Below are positions 1 to 11,851 of a DNA stretch of 64,000 nucleotides, piece after piece; position 1 is the stretch's first letter; each line of letters opens with the position of its first letter. Source of the DNA: Cycas panzhihuaensis (taxonomy: Eukaryota; Plantae; Cycadophyta). The notes below the pieces were generated by a model. The model was not told the DNA's origin. It did no database searches and worked only from the letters and a program-made list of their open reading frames with translations. Made by a program: the position numbers and the translations under genes. The stretch lies in NCBI GenBank assembly GCA_023213395.1, contig CM041465.1:91643741-91707740 (forward strand), written 5' to 3'.

Positions 1-34
1 AAATAAAATCAAACAACATATAGACATCTGGCAA

Positions 35-1223
35 TCAAAAGATAATAGGAGAAGGAAGTGTCTCACCTAGTGCAGCCTTCGGCTCCTCGACTCGGATGAT
101 AGCCTCTACTCCAGGTACTCCACTAGTTGCAGGTACCTCCTCCTCCTCTGGTACCTCCTCAGTAACTACCTTAGCTACTAGGGTGTCTCTCCTCTCCTCT
201 GCTGGTGCTGCTGCCTCCCCAGATCTCTTGACTATTCGTAATCTCTGGGTTGGTGTCAATGGGCCCCTGCTCTCCTCTACAGCTCATGATGGACTTGCCT
301 CTCCTCTTGTGGTCCCTTATGTACCTGCCTCTCCTCCTGCAGCTCTCAACGGGCCAATCCCATCACTACCATCACCTCCATCTCCACCATCTCTTAGGGT
401 AACTCCTACTACACTTGTCTCATCATCACTGTCCCACCTCACCCCTCGATATGGATCTGATATGTAATCTTCTATGGTGAGGAGGTCCAGTGATATAGCC
501 TCCACCGAGTGATGGACATGCACGTGGTCCTCGGTCCCCCTAAATCACATCTGACACCTTTGTACCATAGGAGCCCACTCTGAAATGGGGTGTGGTCCCC
601 CTACTGGTGCCACCGCTCTGAAGTGATAAAAAAACTAGCACTGTAGTAGTGTGTTGTATGATAAACCACCCTTCCCTGCCACCTAGATAGCATCTAGCTG
701 GGCAATTAAGTTCATCGCTATAAAGGTAGCCCAATCAAGCCTCTCCCTAGCCTCACATCTCCTCACCACGTTTATCCATCTTACCGAAGATATCTCGATA
801 GTTTTGTTTCTGGGATATCCAGAATAAAATGCATAGAGTAATAAGTTTCCTCACACAAGGAACCCCCAACATAACCATGCTCTGTAATGGGATACCTCTC
901 CTCTCCCATCTATCCAAGCCCGTGAATAACGTAGCTGCCTCCCTATATGCTACCTCATTGCTAGGCAGTGACCCTAGTGATGTTGGCCTCCCAGTCGCTG
1001 GCACTCACAAGATCCTCCTAATATCCCCTAGTGTGACTATCACATCTCCTACCTGGGGGAGGTGGAATACGTGTCTCTGTCTATCCCAATGTGAGACAAT
1101 GTCAACTAAGAGCCTCTGGTTCAATGTATATTGTAGTATCCTCATGACCTTTAGTAGGCCACACCTAGCCAAAACCTTGATGTCCTTACAGGACATCATC
1201 TATATGAGTCTCAGCATCGCCAT
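35..1223 (-). pseudogene. Plant mobile domain (PMD, aminotransferase-like) ORF, antisense cargo, with stops and a frameshift
   Basis: LLVDIVSHWDRQRHVFHLPQVGDVIVTLGDIRRIL*VPATG matches the PMD signature ALVERWxxETHTFHLPxGEMTITLxDVxxxLGLP. A later LDLLTIEDYISDPY segment and an acidic low-complexity tail follow. ORFs 1005-1199, 753-1004 and 540-734 share one frame. Confidence 0.8.
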
Positions 1224-1925
1224 GCCTATGTTCTCGTGGTTGTCCACCGTGCTCACTGCCTGTAAAACACCCCAAAACAAGTCAGAGTCCTACTCATACT
1301 CACCTCTCTGCCCGTTGGTCCATCCCTCATCTTCATTTGCTTAAGATTTGGGTGCCCTTAGGGCCATCTCTTAGTTTTTCATTTAATCTACCTTCGCATC
1401 GTGCCAAACTCCATGGTATCGCAGAGTTTGGCCTGGGTCCCGCAGTGATCGAGGCCCCATGGCAAAGATCGTGGAACCGCAATCTTTGATACAGTGCAAA
1501 CATCACCCCCCCAAAAGGGGGGTTTCTCGCCCAAAAAAATAAAAAAAAATTGCCCAGGTAAGCCACTCCCAGGCTCACCAGGACCGGGGCTACCTAATGC
1601 CCTAATCCTGCCTCTCTCTGGGTCTAATTTGGACTCCATGATATCACTTTTTACCTTTAGGAGGCCCAAAACTATACTAAAAAATCATAAAAGGTAGTAA
1701 ATTTCAAAGCATGAAATGGGGTTGGGTTTAGATGATCCACTCACTGGATCTGGTCTTACCATCACCATCTCATTGCTCTGGTCTCACTACCTATCTCCTC
1801 TTCTCAATCTGACGGTCAGATCCTCCTCTACGTGCCTCACGAGTTGGGCGGGCTCATTGCAGAAGGGAATGGGCTCTGATTCATTCACGAGCCCATGAAA
1901 ATAAATCTCGTTTTCATCGAGTTTC

Positions 1926-1935
1926 CTTATATAAG
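1926..1935. promoter_or_regulatory. Palindromic TATA element between the divergent PMD and aRH ORFs
   Basis: CTTATATAAG is a perfect palindrome located between the two divergent ORFs; function is inferred only. Confidence 0.3.
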
Positions 1936-2472
1936 CAGGGGTCCCGGTGGGCACTTCCTTCATTTTGCCTTTAAGATAGCCCTTGGGACCATCCCTTATC
2001 CCTGATCATCATTACCTTCTGGCTCTATTTCCTCTTTCGCCTCCATAGCCCTCGTTTTTCTCATTCTTTTAGGTGCATTTATGGCACCTCGCTGACTCAT
2101 TTCTACCAGGGCTCTTTTGTCTTATTTTTTATGCCATTCCCATACATGCCCAAGTTTATACTCATTTAGCTTGTTTCGCCATCTTGGACTCATTTTTGCA
2201 GCCCATTCGTGCCTCTGGGGTCTCCAAAGGGAATGCTCCCTCCATTTGGGATCACTTTTCGCTTCCTTAAGCAACCTTTGGCACCCTAGAGGGTCTCTTT
2301 TGCTGCCTGTTCTTCCCCGTTGGTGGGGTAAACCACTCCACCCCCGGGTAGCCTCCTTGTTAGGTCCTCCTACCCTTTGCGGCCATCGTTACTAGCCATA
2401 CGACCCTTTTTTTTTTCTTCGCCCTTAACCCTATTACATTTCTTCTCACCAATATACTTTCTTTGCTCACCT

Positions 2473-2895
2473 ATGACCCTCTTCATCTTCACCGACGGTG
2501 GAAGCCGTGGTAATCTTGGTCCCTCTGCCACTGTGTGGATTCTTCGTAATCCTTCCGAATACGATTTCTTGTGTTTCAGAGTCTTCCTCCCTGAGGCCAC
2601 CAATAATAAAGCTGAGTACACGGTCGTTATTGAAGCCCTCACTGATGCGCTCTGTTTCCACCACGGACCCATTCTTCTCCTTTATGACTCCTAGGTTGTG
2701 GTGTCCCATCTCACCCAGGTCTACCAGGTGTGATGCCCATGCTTGAGAGCCCTCTCTTGGACCGCTAGGTCCCTATTGACCTCTTTTCAGTCTGTTGACA
2801 TTTGATACATCCCTCGAGCCCTCAATGCCAAGGCAGACGGCCTCATCTACCTCATCCTTGAGCGTCGCCTTCCCCTTCTTGATGACCATCCTTGA
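2473..2895 (+). pseudogene. Archaeal-type RNase HI (aRH / RVT_3-like), stand-alone ORF with 3 internal stops
   Basis: MTLFIFTDGGSRGNLGPS...ATNNKAEY...YDS*VVVSHL...YIPRALNAKADGL. All four acidic catalytic positions (D,E,D,D) are present. Confidence 0.88.
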
Positions 2896-3315
2896 GAGAC
2901 TTGCTCGGTCGACCAGTCACCCAAGTCTCAGGCCATCTTGCTCCTCATCTTGTGATCTGTTCACACCTCTGAAAGCCAGTCGCTAATGAGGTTAAACTAT
3001 GGAAACCTCTAGGTTTATCCATTCACTCTTCCTTTTGTGATCATCATGCATCTCCCTTGCACTCTTATGATGGGGGCATCCTCCCTCATCCGTCATAGCA
3101 TCCAGTTAATTTTTTGGGTGACATGTAGGTAGCTCCTATGTTGTCTCAACCCTCATCCTCATATCCATGTATTCTGCCACAATACTCACCGGCACTCTGG
3201 GTTCTTGTCACTATTATGATTATTATATATACATGTGCTACTGATAGTTTTTATTGCCACCATTCACCATCGCACCATGCTTCCAAGTAGCGAGGCTATG
3301 TTGCTAAGGGGGCAG

Positions 3316-6302
3316 TGTTTCACAGCTGCCGGAAATGGGTATGGATGGATTGACTCAAGTAAGCATAGGTATATTTTCTCTCTTATCTCGACCACTTCAG
3401 AGATGTGGATTAGAACATTATTTGGGTTGCATGGTTTAATTAGCTTATTTACGATTGGTTATGCATCTCACTTGAGCACCTCGTATGTCTCTAGCCTATG
3501 ACGACCCTTCACGGGACATACTCCTTAGTGAGTCATGTACCCCATTGGCACTTCACAACCCTCCATATTACCTGCATGTCACCTCGAGCCCCTGCCATCC
3601 AGCGTGATCCGCTCACACCTCATTTAGCTACCACAACCCCTAGTTTCCCTAGGAGTGGTAGGCACTTTCACATATTTCTAACATTCTTAGGACTCTTTCC
3701 TCGTGATATCCTACCTGGTCTAGTTGATTCACCCCTTCAGACTGTCCCCGGCCATGTGGACAAGAGGGCTGGCCCCTCCTAGGCCCAGGATATCCCTGTT
3801 TTAGGCTCCTAGGACCCTCAATTTTGCCATTGTTGCACCCTGGTTTCGCACCGTTGTAAACTTAGTGGTACCATGAAGTTTGTCATGGTACCACAAAGTT
3901 TACTACAGTGCGACTATTACTCACTGTTTTTTAAATCCTCATGGAAATTCTTACCTTTTTTGCAGAACTACCATATGGATAAGTCACCAAATCAGCCCTA
4001 TGCAAACCTTAATCGCTTGATTAGGGTTAGGATAAGTATATATTCCAAAAACATACTCATTTTCCATCTTCTTGGCTCTCCAACAACATTTCTCCTACTA
4101 CTATTCCGCGCTCTCTTCCCCTTCTTCTCATAGGTACGCCTGTAATACTAGAGTTTCTGCTACCCTAACCTCGGATCTACCTGTAGTAGCTCTGGTATGT
4201 GGCAGAGGACTCCTCATCTAGCATCTTCAAGTGAGATCTCCATGCTCACCCCTCAGCTCTTATCAAGCAAGTTCCTCTTGTAATACCACCTTGTGAGGTA
4301 CATCGTGAACCCTGCAAAATTTACCTTCTTTGACTGCTTATAGGGGTAGATCCACCCCTAACATAGGCCAGTAGGTACATCTTGCTCTTGTTTCATGTTT
4401 TAGCACAAATTTATTCTATTAAAGCTTATCTATCAGTATACCATTCTCTATTTTTATGTTTTCTACTGTGAAAAGAGAGTGTTTTCTCATTTTTTTACTT
4501 TGCTACCTCAAGATCTCTCCCATTCTCCACTAGTTTCTCCTAAGGAAGTTGCAGGAGAGGGTCTATAAGGACTGGGTGAAGGGAGGTAAGGTGGGATCTG
4601 TCCCATTGGGCCTACTCCTCAATGGTAAACCCCTTCCCATCTTTCCTATCTTGCGTTTGTGCTTCTCTTGGGCAAACTAGGAGTTTATGGGACTAAGCCT
4701 ACGCTGGATATCAACGTATGTAGCCCCTGCTACACTGGTTCCAGGTCTGCACGCTCTCCTTTTGGGCATCTCTTAAGCCCCAAACATCATTCAACATCCA
4801 TCCAGACCCTTAGTAAGGCCGGTGTGGCAATTCACTACCCATAGCATCTTCGTTACGCAGGCAACTCTTCCACACCACATAATATTCACTCCTTTTCTTG
4901 CTTGTTGCCCATAGGCTGCCATAAAACTATTGTACTTTATATCTTAAGGCTACGTGGAGGTCCACTTATGGGAGGGTTAGCCATCTTAAGGCTAACCTCT
5001 TTTTCTTGCTTGGTGTACATTGTTTTTCTTCTTCAAGAGAGTGTAAAGTTGGGTTGAGTAGTAGATTAACTAACTTAAGGCATAAAACTTCAGTATTTAT
5101 TTTATATCATTCCACATATATTAGCTTGCATCTTGGCAGCCCCTTATCAGAAGGGAAAACCCTTTATGCTTGCAGGTTTGGTAGTGATACACGTGGAGGA
5201 AAGGAATGCTTCAATCCGAGTAAGTCTTTCCCCTTTGATTTTCATTTCTTTTCTTTTCTTTCTCACGTAGTAACCATTCTCTTTTGCCTCTTCCTTTTGC
5301 TTCTTTTTTACATGGGGAAGGTAAGGAAGCCCCCATCGACTTCGGTAACATCCTCTTCAGCAACGGTCGCATGGCGAGCAAAGACTAAAGGTTGTACGCG
5401 GAGCACAAGTAGAGTGTCTCCTTCAGTTGAGTTATTTTCTAGGTATGTACTTCCTCTTTTGACATGCCACTTCTGCCTTTATCGTTGTTGGATTGTATGT
5501 CCTTGCAATATTAAGACACATAAAGAAAAAGGGAAACAAACTAGCTTTCGTGCATGTGCATGTTGCATAGCTGACTATATAGGAAAGAGCATGCCATAAC
5601 AATTACACTCTTTCCCCCTTTTACCTAAACATAAACATCCTTTTAGGCTTACATCATTTTAGAGTACATGCTTAGACTTGCATGATGCATTTTGGTTATC
5701 TCCTTGCTTCATAAAAGGAAAAAGAGAGAGAGGGAGTGCATTGTGTTTTTTTTTTTTTTCCTTTGTGATAATATACAATACTCCCTTACCACACACTCTA
5801 CACATCCAACCGTTTATGGCCTTATTCACCATTGCTAAGGCTTGAACCCCCTTCCTCTTACTTTCATAGCAACTAGGCCCTCACTCTCCACCTCTTATTC
5901 TTTCATAGACTTATCTTGAGTCAACCAACCTAGGGAACTTCACTTGTACTTATCTCGCACCCATTCCCCTCTCATCTGCGCTCATTGTGCTTGCATCTCA
6001 TCCTTCTTCTATAGGGAACCCCTCTTTACGTGGGTCTTCCTCCTCCTTCCGACCATTCGAGGGTAGGAGGACCTTGCCTCCTGGGGTTTACTTGAGATAC
6101 CCCTATGCACATCTTGCCCTCAAAACCAAAAGCGAAAGCTACTCCAGGGAAGTTAGGCACCATTCGTGGGTCCTGAACTCGTGCTCTGGTGCACGGACGC
6201 CCTGTGTGGTGTTCTCTTCCACTTGTATGATCCTATTTGCATTCTGGTATTAGTCGTTGACCACCTTAACCCCCACTAAGTGTAGTGACCATCTCACAAA
6301 CG
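3316..6302 (+). repeat. 3' LTR of T1 (~3 kb)
   Basis: Starts TGTTTC right after the PPT and shares many blocks with 23380-25984. The end is placed by homology (TAGTGACCATCTCACAAACG); an alternative end is AAACA at 6314. Confidence 0.75.
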
Positions 6303-6703
6303 CAATTCCAAACATCAAATTCACTTATAAAGACATCCATCAATTGTTAAAATAATAAAACTAAATTCTGAGGTAATTGAAAAAGTCATATGAGTGCATT
6401 ACCTCACAATGTCCTCAAAAAAAGTCTGATCAATAAAAGATCATTAGGCAAATAATAAGCATATGCAAAATCAAATTTCTCAATGTGTCTTAAAGGATCT
6501 TGTCCTGGTATCACCCTGAATATAGGTAACATTAGAATGAAAGAGGAAAGGCTATAAATAAAAACCTCATATGGAAAAGGGCTCTTCTTATAGATAAGGT
6601 TATCTATAAGTGATGTGCCTATACAAGAAGAGGATAGTCTCAACAACTTTCTTTGTTGAGATAAAAGAGTTATTTCCATTATTTGAGAGTGAATGATCAA
6701 CAA
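6303..6703 (-). pseudogene. Ty3/Gypsy gag fragment, cut by the T1 LTR
   Basis: GQDPLRHIEKFDFAYAYYLPNDLLLIRLFLRTL*GNALI*LFQLP matches the Retrotrans_gag pattern DPxxH..F...RLFxxTLxGxAxxWFxxLP. Confidence 0.75.
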
Positions 6704-6718
6704 AAAATAAAAGGAAAC

Positions 6719-6736
6719 TCCCTAGTATGGTCACTA
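6719..6736 (-). other. Degenerate primer-binding site (tRNA-Arg-like) upstream of the gag fragment
   Basis: Minus strand reads TAGTGACCATACTAGGGA, interpretable as deaminated TGGCGACCA..CTGGGGA. The same motif occurs at 17926-17943. Confidence 0.5.
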
Positions 6737-8079
6737 GAAAGATGGCATGCTTCAGTTGGGCCAGGGCTAAATATCCCTTAATGAAGTTGTGTTTCCTCTA
6801 TTTTAGGTCAAGGTTTAGAGAAGTGGGAACCTGTGGGAACTTAAGGACCACCTTTGTCAACTCCTAAGAAGGAGTCTCTACTTGTTTATATTATTTAGTT
6901 TGAATATGATTATAGTAATAAAAATCTAGGATATAAGAGGGGGTACAAGGATTCACTAGCCTACACAAGCAAGTAGAGGAGTTCTAAGTTCAAAATTACA
7001 CTGATAATGTTTTTTTTTTCTTTTCTAAGGTTTATTTCTTTGAATTATTTTAATTTTTTAGGTTTATTCTAATAAAGAAAAGGCTAAGCAATGGAATTAT
7101 TGTATGTCTTCAAAAAAAATGTAAAGGAGACAAAATGAAATAATAAAGATAAATTATTACTCAAAACCAAACAAATAAGGTAAAAAAGATCTTACTAAAG
7201 TAATAGAGCCTAAGATAAATAGTTGTAACAAATAAAATACCTTAATAAACATCAACAATTCAACTTTGAATAGCATTGAAGTAGCATTCAAAGCTCCCAA
7301 TATCTTTTCTCTTGACTCTCCTCTTCTTTCTTCCAAAGATGCAGACCAAAAATCTCTTAGAGTTCAAATCACACCATCAAAATCCACATAATCCATCACT
7401 TTTGAGTCCCCTAAAGGGTTTTAAGGGGTTCTAAGCATGAATGGGGGTAGGTTTGTACCAAATTTTGGTGTAAGCATGTAAAAATAATGCATTTTAAAAA
7501 AACATTACATTTATGATAGTAAAAAACATGACCAATAGTGTTTTATTACCAACCAAAAAAGTGATTTCCTTAATAAAAGGCAATCGATTGTGTTTTTAGT
7601 ATAACTAAAAATGTGATGAAACATAGAGTGAAAATTTTATCATTGAATTACCAAAGTTAACTTTTTTCAAGAAATTTTAAATCAAAATGACCTCATTAAT
7701 GGAAAAGAGCGGCCTATAAAGTGTGAAAACTTAAGCACAAGCCCAAAAATCATAAAAATTGCTAACTTGAACAGAAAATCTAGAGAAAATGTGTTGAAAT
7801 AAAGAGATGTATGAAAAGGGAAAAGTGAGTCAAAAAGGACTAAAAGAGGGGATTATATCGCTATAGTTTTCATTCATTGGCAAATATAGGACATAGTAGT
7901 ACAATCATCATCCTCCAACATAAATCATTCATAAGATTGATACCATATTTTACCAAAACTACACATGATCCAATATAACATAAAACAACTACCAAATTAA
8001 TTAAATTAAATGTGAATTAGGCAAGATACTTATTAATGAAATATATGAAGATTGATTAATGATAATTTTTTGGTGAAAC

Positions 8080-8510
8080 ACATAGGTATGAGCTCTTTTT
8101 CCTTGGTCTGCGTATTAGAGGTGGTCTTGCCCCTTGAAGTAGAGATCTTGTCCTTATGGGTATCTCTAAAAGAGTTCATAGATGAAGAATAGTTATGTCA
8201 ATCCCATCTATTAGACCTTGAGGCACTCGATGAGAAATGCCTTACTACCTACTAAGCAAACCTAGCATCTAAAGCTAAAGCACAAAAATCTCATGACAAG
8301 CACATATGGCTATGACCCTTAGTCCTTAGGGATAAAGTCCTCAAACTCAAATACTTATATAATTGACTATAAAAATTCAGTCCTAAATGAGTAGGGTTAT
8401 TCATAGTGTTAGAAAGCCTTAATAATGGGGTATATTGGATTGCTACATTAGAGGGCCTCAAGTTTGAAAAGGCCATCAATGGATAATTCCTCAAGAGGTT
8501 CTATAGTTGA
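8080..8510 (+). pseudogene. Gypsy integrase C-terminal (GPY/F) region
   Basis: EVVLPLEVEILSL...DLEALDEK...DKVLK...KFSPK*VGLFIV...GVYWI...ING..LKRFY. Confidence 0.8.
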
Positions 8511-8542
8511 CCTCTCTACCACCCAATGTAGAGGAGCTCACT

Positions 8543-8683
8543 TGCTCTAGTATGAGCCTAAATTGCCAATATGCTCTAGTATGAGCCTAAACTACTAATA
8601 TGCTCTAGTATAAGCCTAAACTACTAACATACTCTAGTATAAGCTTAAACTACCAATGTGCTCTAAAATGAGCCTAAACTACC
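8543..8683 (+). repeat. Tandem array of ~5 copies of a 29-bp unit
   Basis: Unit TGCTCTAGTATGAGCCTAAACTACYAATA starts at 8543, 8572, 8601, 8630 and 8659, immediately after the integrase stop. Confidence 0.9.
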
Positions 8684-8971
8684 TTTATTCATAATGTCCA
8701 TTGCCCCCATTACTAGCATAATACTATGTTGTGTCAATTACATACCTCATCCTTTACCATAGGCAAGGATATTGCCCTATATGGGGAATCTAACTCCTAA
8801 ATGAGCCTAAACAACTTTTTTCCATGGAGTTTGCTACCCCTATAGGGAGGTACCTCACTACATTACATTCATTACCTCACTACAATTCTTGGCTATTGGC
8901 CAAATCTTGCCCCATAAGGGTATTATACTCCATCATGAGTATAAATTATCATATGTAAATACTATTTATAA

Positions 8972-9006
8972 TGTGTGTGTATGTGTGTATGTGTGTGTGT
9001 GTATGT
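8972..9006 (+). repeat. Imperfect (TG)n microsatellite
   Basis: tgtgtgtgtatgtgtgtatgtgtgtgtgtgtatg. Confidence 0.85.
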
Positions 9007-10464
9007 TTACCTTTTACCACTATAGACCCATAGGGTGTAGCTCTTTCTACACCCACGATGTCACCCTATGCTCCATGATGAGCCTCTTTCCCTCCTCCCA
9101 TGGGCATTCCTCATGAAGGTATGGGACTCCTCCACAAGTATAAACTAGTAGTGTGATGTGTGATATCATATCATATGAGTGAATGATAAAAGCATGATCA
9201 TATTTTATTATCTGCCATGTGTGTGAGCTATGATGCCATACATATGGGTGAATATCAACTCAATGGTATATATAAATAATATCATGGTTATCTTTACCAC
9301 CTGTCTTTCATATTTTTAGCCTAATATTTAGTCTATATTGTCATTAGTGCAACCCATTAATAACTTCATTTGCTTAGAGATAGAGCCCTTCCTTCCTTCT
9401 AGTAATCTATCTTCTTGCATATCAATGTTTATAGTCCACAAGACTAATTCACCCCACTGATTCCATATTACATGCCCACGCTGTCCTTTTACATGTTAAG
9501 TATTACTTGATCCCTTGATTCCTCATCATGTTTTATGCTTTCTATTACCTTTTGAAATCCCTTTTTATGCACATGATTGGACCTCTAGCTCAATATTCTA
9601 CTACTATGATCTTCTTCTGACCATGTTGTTAACCCATAGGTCTCTTTTTTTCATCACTATGATCATTGATTGAGATTTAGATGCCCTTGATCGCCCATAC
9701 TAGCATCACTTGCATGTTTATTGACTAATAGATTACCTTCCCTCTCAACTTGTGTCTCTCTTATGTGACCTTGGTAGTACCCACACATCATTATAATTAA
9801 TCCATAGCTTATGCGAGGGCTTGTAGTGTCTCCCATTTAGGCCCTACTATAACTAGACATCTTGGTTCTCCATGGGCACTGACCTAAAGGTCCCATTCCA
9901 TGCATGTCCCATGATAGGTACTTAAGATACTTATATGACTTGCCCATAGTATCCCACTGTTTGACCGTACTTTATACTATTTAGGTAATTTATCTATATG
10001 CTCCCTTAAAACCAAAAAAAAAGGAGAAAAAAAATTATAAAAAAAAAAAAAAAAGAAAAGAAAAAGTAAAGAGAAAATATATATAACCAACTATGTGTAT
10101 TTTAAGGAACAATATTCGCCACCACCTCCTTGATACCTAAGGTAGGTTGCATGATAGTCTCATCCCTACCTAAAGTTTATAGGTTAGGTCCAATTGAGTG
10201 GGTTGTTTAAGACTTTCAAATCTGGTTGCCTAGACCTATCATGGCCTCACTCATGATTGAAACCTATTTGGTATGGCTACTACTTATGGTGGGCCTTAGA
10301 AGAGGTTGTAACATTGGCATGTAGTCATTCTTTAGGACCAAGTTTTACTTGTCATCTTAATCAGATGAGGCATACCCAATTGAGGTCTTATGATGATTAG
10401 TTAATTCCCACCACTTTCCTTCATTTAGTGATTTTACCCCCAAGTCACCCTTACATGTATCCCT

Positions 10465-10870
10465 ATGGCATTAATCATCCACACCAACAGTGGTAGTTGT
10501 ACGAATCCTAGGCCTTCCACTATAGCTTGGGCCATCAGGGACCACTTGGGGCACACTCTTATCTAATCTAGAGTCTACTTATCTATTGCCACTAATAATA
10601 TGGATAAGTATACCACTATCATAGAGGCCTTGATAGATGCCTTATGTATCCATCATGGCCCCATCATGTTGTATTATGACTCCTAATTGATAGTGTCCCA
10701 GCTCACCCAGGTCTACTAAGTTTACCAACTATGTTAAGTCCTTTTTGGCCTAATTCCCTTCTATCTCTATTCATCACATCCCATGAGAACTTAATAATGA
10801 GACCAATAGGTTAGCGGCCTTAATCCTTTAGTGTTGTTTACCACTCATATATGACCCCAATCTAACCTAA
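10465..10870 (+). pseudogene. Second stand-alone aRH ORF, more decayed
   Basis: MALIIHTNSGSCTNPRPS...IATNNMDKYTTIIEALIDALCIHHGPIMLYYDS*LIVSQLTQVY...HIP*ELNNETNRL is collinear with 2473-2895. Confidence 0.82.
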
Positions 10871-11851
10871 TAGGCCTCCCATTAAAACACCTATTTATAG
10901 GCAATCCTCTCTAGTCCCACCTCTAAGTGGCACTCACTAAAGAGGGTTAACTATGGTGACAACCTCAAGTATCCTTAGCCTACCTTAGAAGCTTAACTAA
11001 GCTATCAACTTTCCTTATGCTCTGGTAAGAGCCTAAACCACCATTAATGCTTTGAAATGAGGATAAACTACCTTGTATATTTGTACATATTGGACTAGGT
11101 TGTGGCTCTCCTAGGATGCATTACTCATCCATATCCCATAACCTCATCCTTTTGTTACTTTATTGTCATTTCCTTTCTGCATGTTTCCTTTTATATAATA
11201 TCTACTTATAAAAATATAAAAATAATGTAAAACCATCAAAACCCAAAAATAAAATTATTATAAAATATCTCAAAATGTTAAAAATATTATAAAATCATCA
11301 AAAACTTAAAAATAATGTAAAATAACAAAAATATTTCTTTTAAATTTTATAAAACACAAAAAACTAAAAAATATGGCTTTAAGACAAGCCCAAACAACTC
11401 CACCTCTAAAAGATATATGCTAATGAGGTTAAACTATAATGATCCAATGAGACCATGGAGTCTCTCCCTTAGGTATTTAAGGCACTAATTCACATATCCA
11501 ATGGATTAGGGTTTTTGATCCCTCACCTTGGACCATGTTGCCCACCTTATCTTACCATCAAGGTAGCCCCTCCATCATTTAACACTTTTACTTATACATG
11601 TTTAGGCCCATAGTAGCCATAGGCCCAATCGGTTTGATCTCATCACTAACCTATCATCCTGTCTAGCTTACACACCTCTAATATAGTTTCCCTATGAGGT
11701 TAAATTAAGGGTAACACCCTTTGACCAATTGCTAATGAGACATAACTATGGCAGATATTTCCCCTTGTTACACACATATATTAGTTTATTATTAGCAACA
11801 TTCACCATTAATTAACCATAGGTTAAAGAGGCTTTATTACCAAGGAAGCAA

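Larger units (their letters stand above)
1..6302 (+). mobile_element. Tat/Ogre-like Ty3/Gypsy LTR retrotransposon (element T1), 3' portion: PMD cargo, aRH, PPT, 3' LTR
   Basis: aRH ORF at 2473-2895, then PPT AAGGGGGCAG (3306-3315) and a TGTTT start at 3316. The LTR is homologous to 11852-14331 and 23380-25984. The 5' part of the element lies outside the window. Confidence 0.8.

Noticed and set aside
96-467. Ser/Pro/Thr-rich plus-strand ORF as a host gene
   Set aside because: It is the antisense shadow of the acidic PMD C-terminal tail.
2964-3007. Hammerhead ribozyme (CTAATGAG...GAAAC)
   Set aside because: No stem II closes between CUGAUGA and the downstream GAAA, and the permuted reading leaves only 8 nt for stems I and III.
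5006-5599. 197-aa ORF, the longest in the track
   Set aside because: It lies inside an LTR, has a non-ATG start and no motif, and is not conserved as an ORF in the homologous LTRs.
8543-8683. CRISPR array
   Set aside because: Units are head-to-tail 29-mers without unique spacers, there are no cas genes, and the context is a plant retrotransposon.
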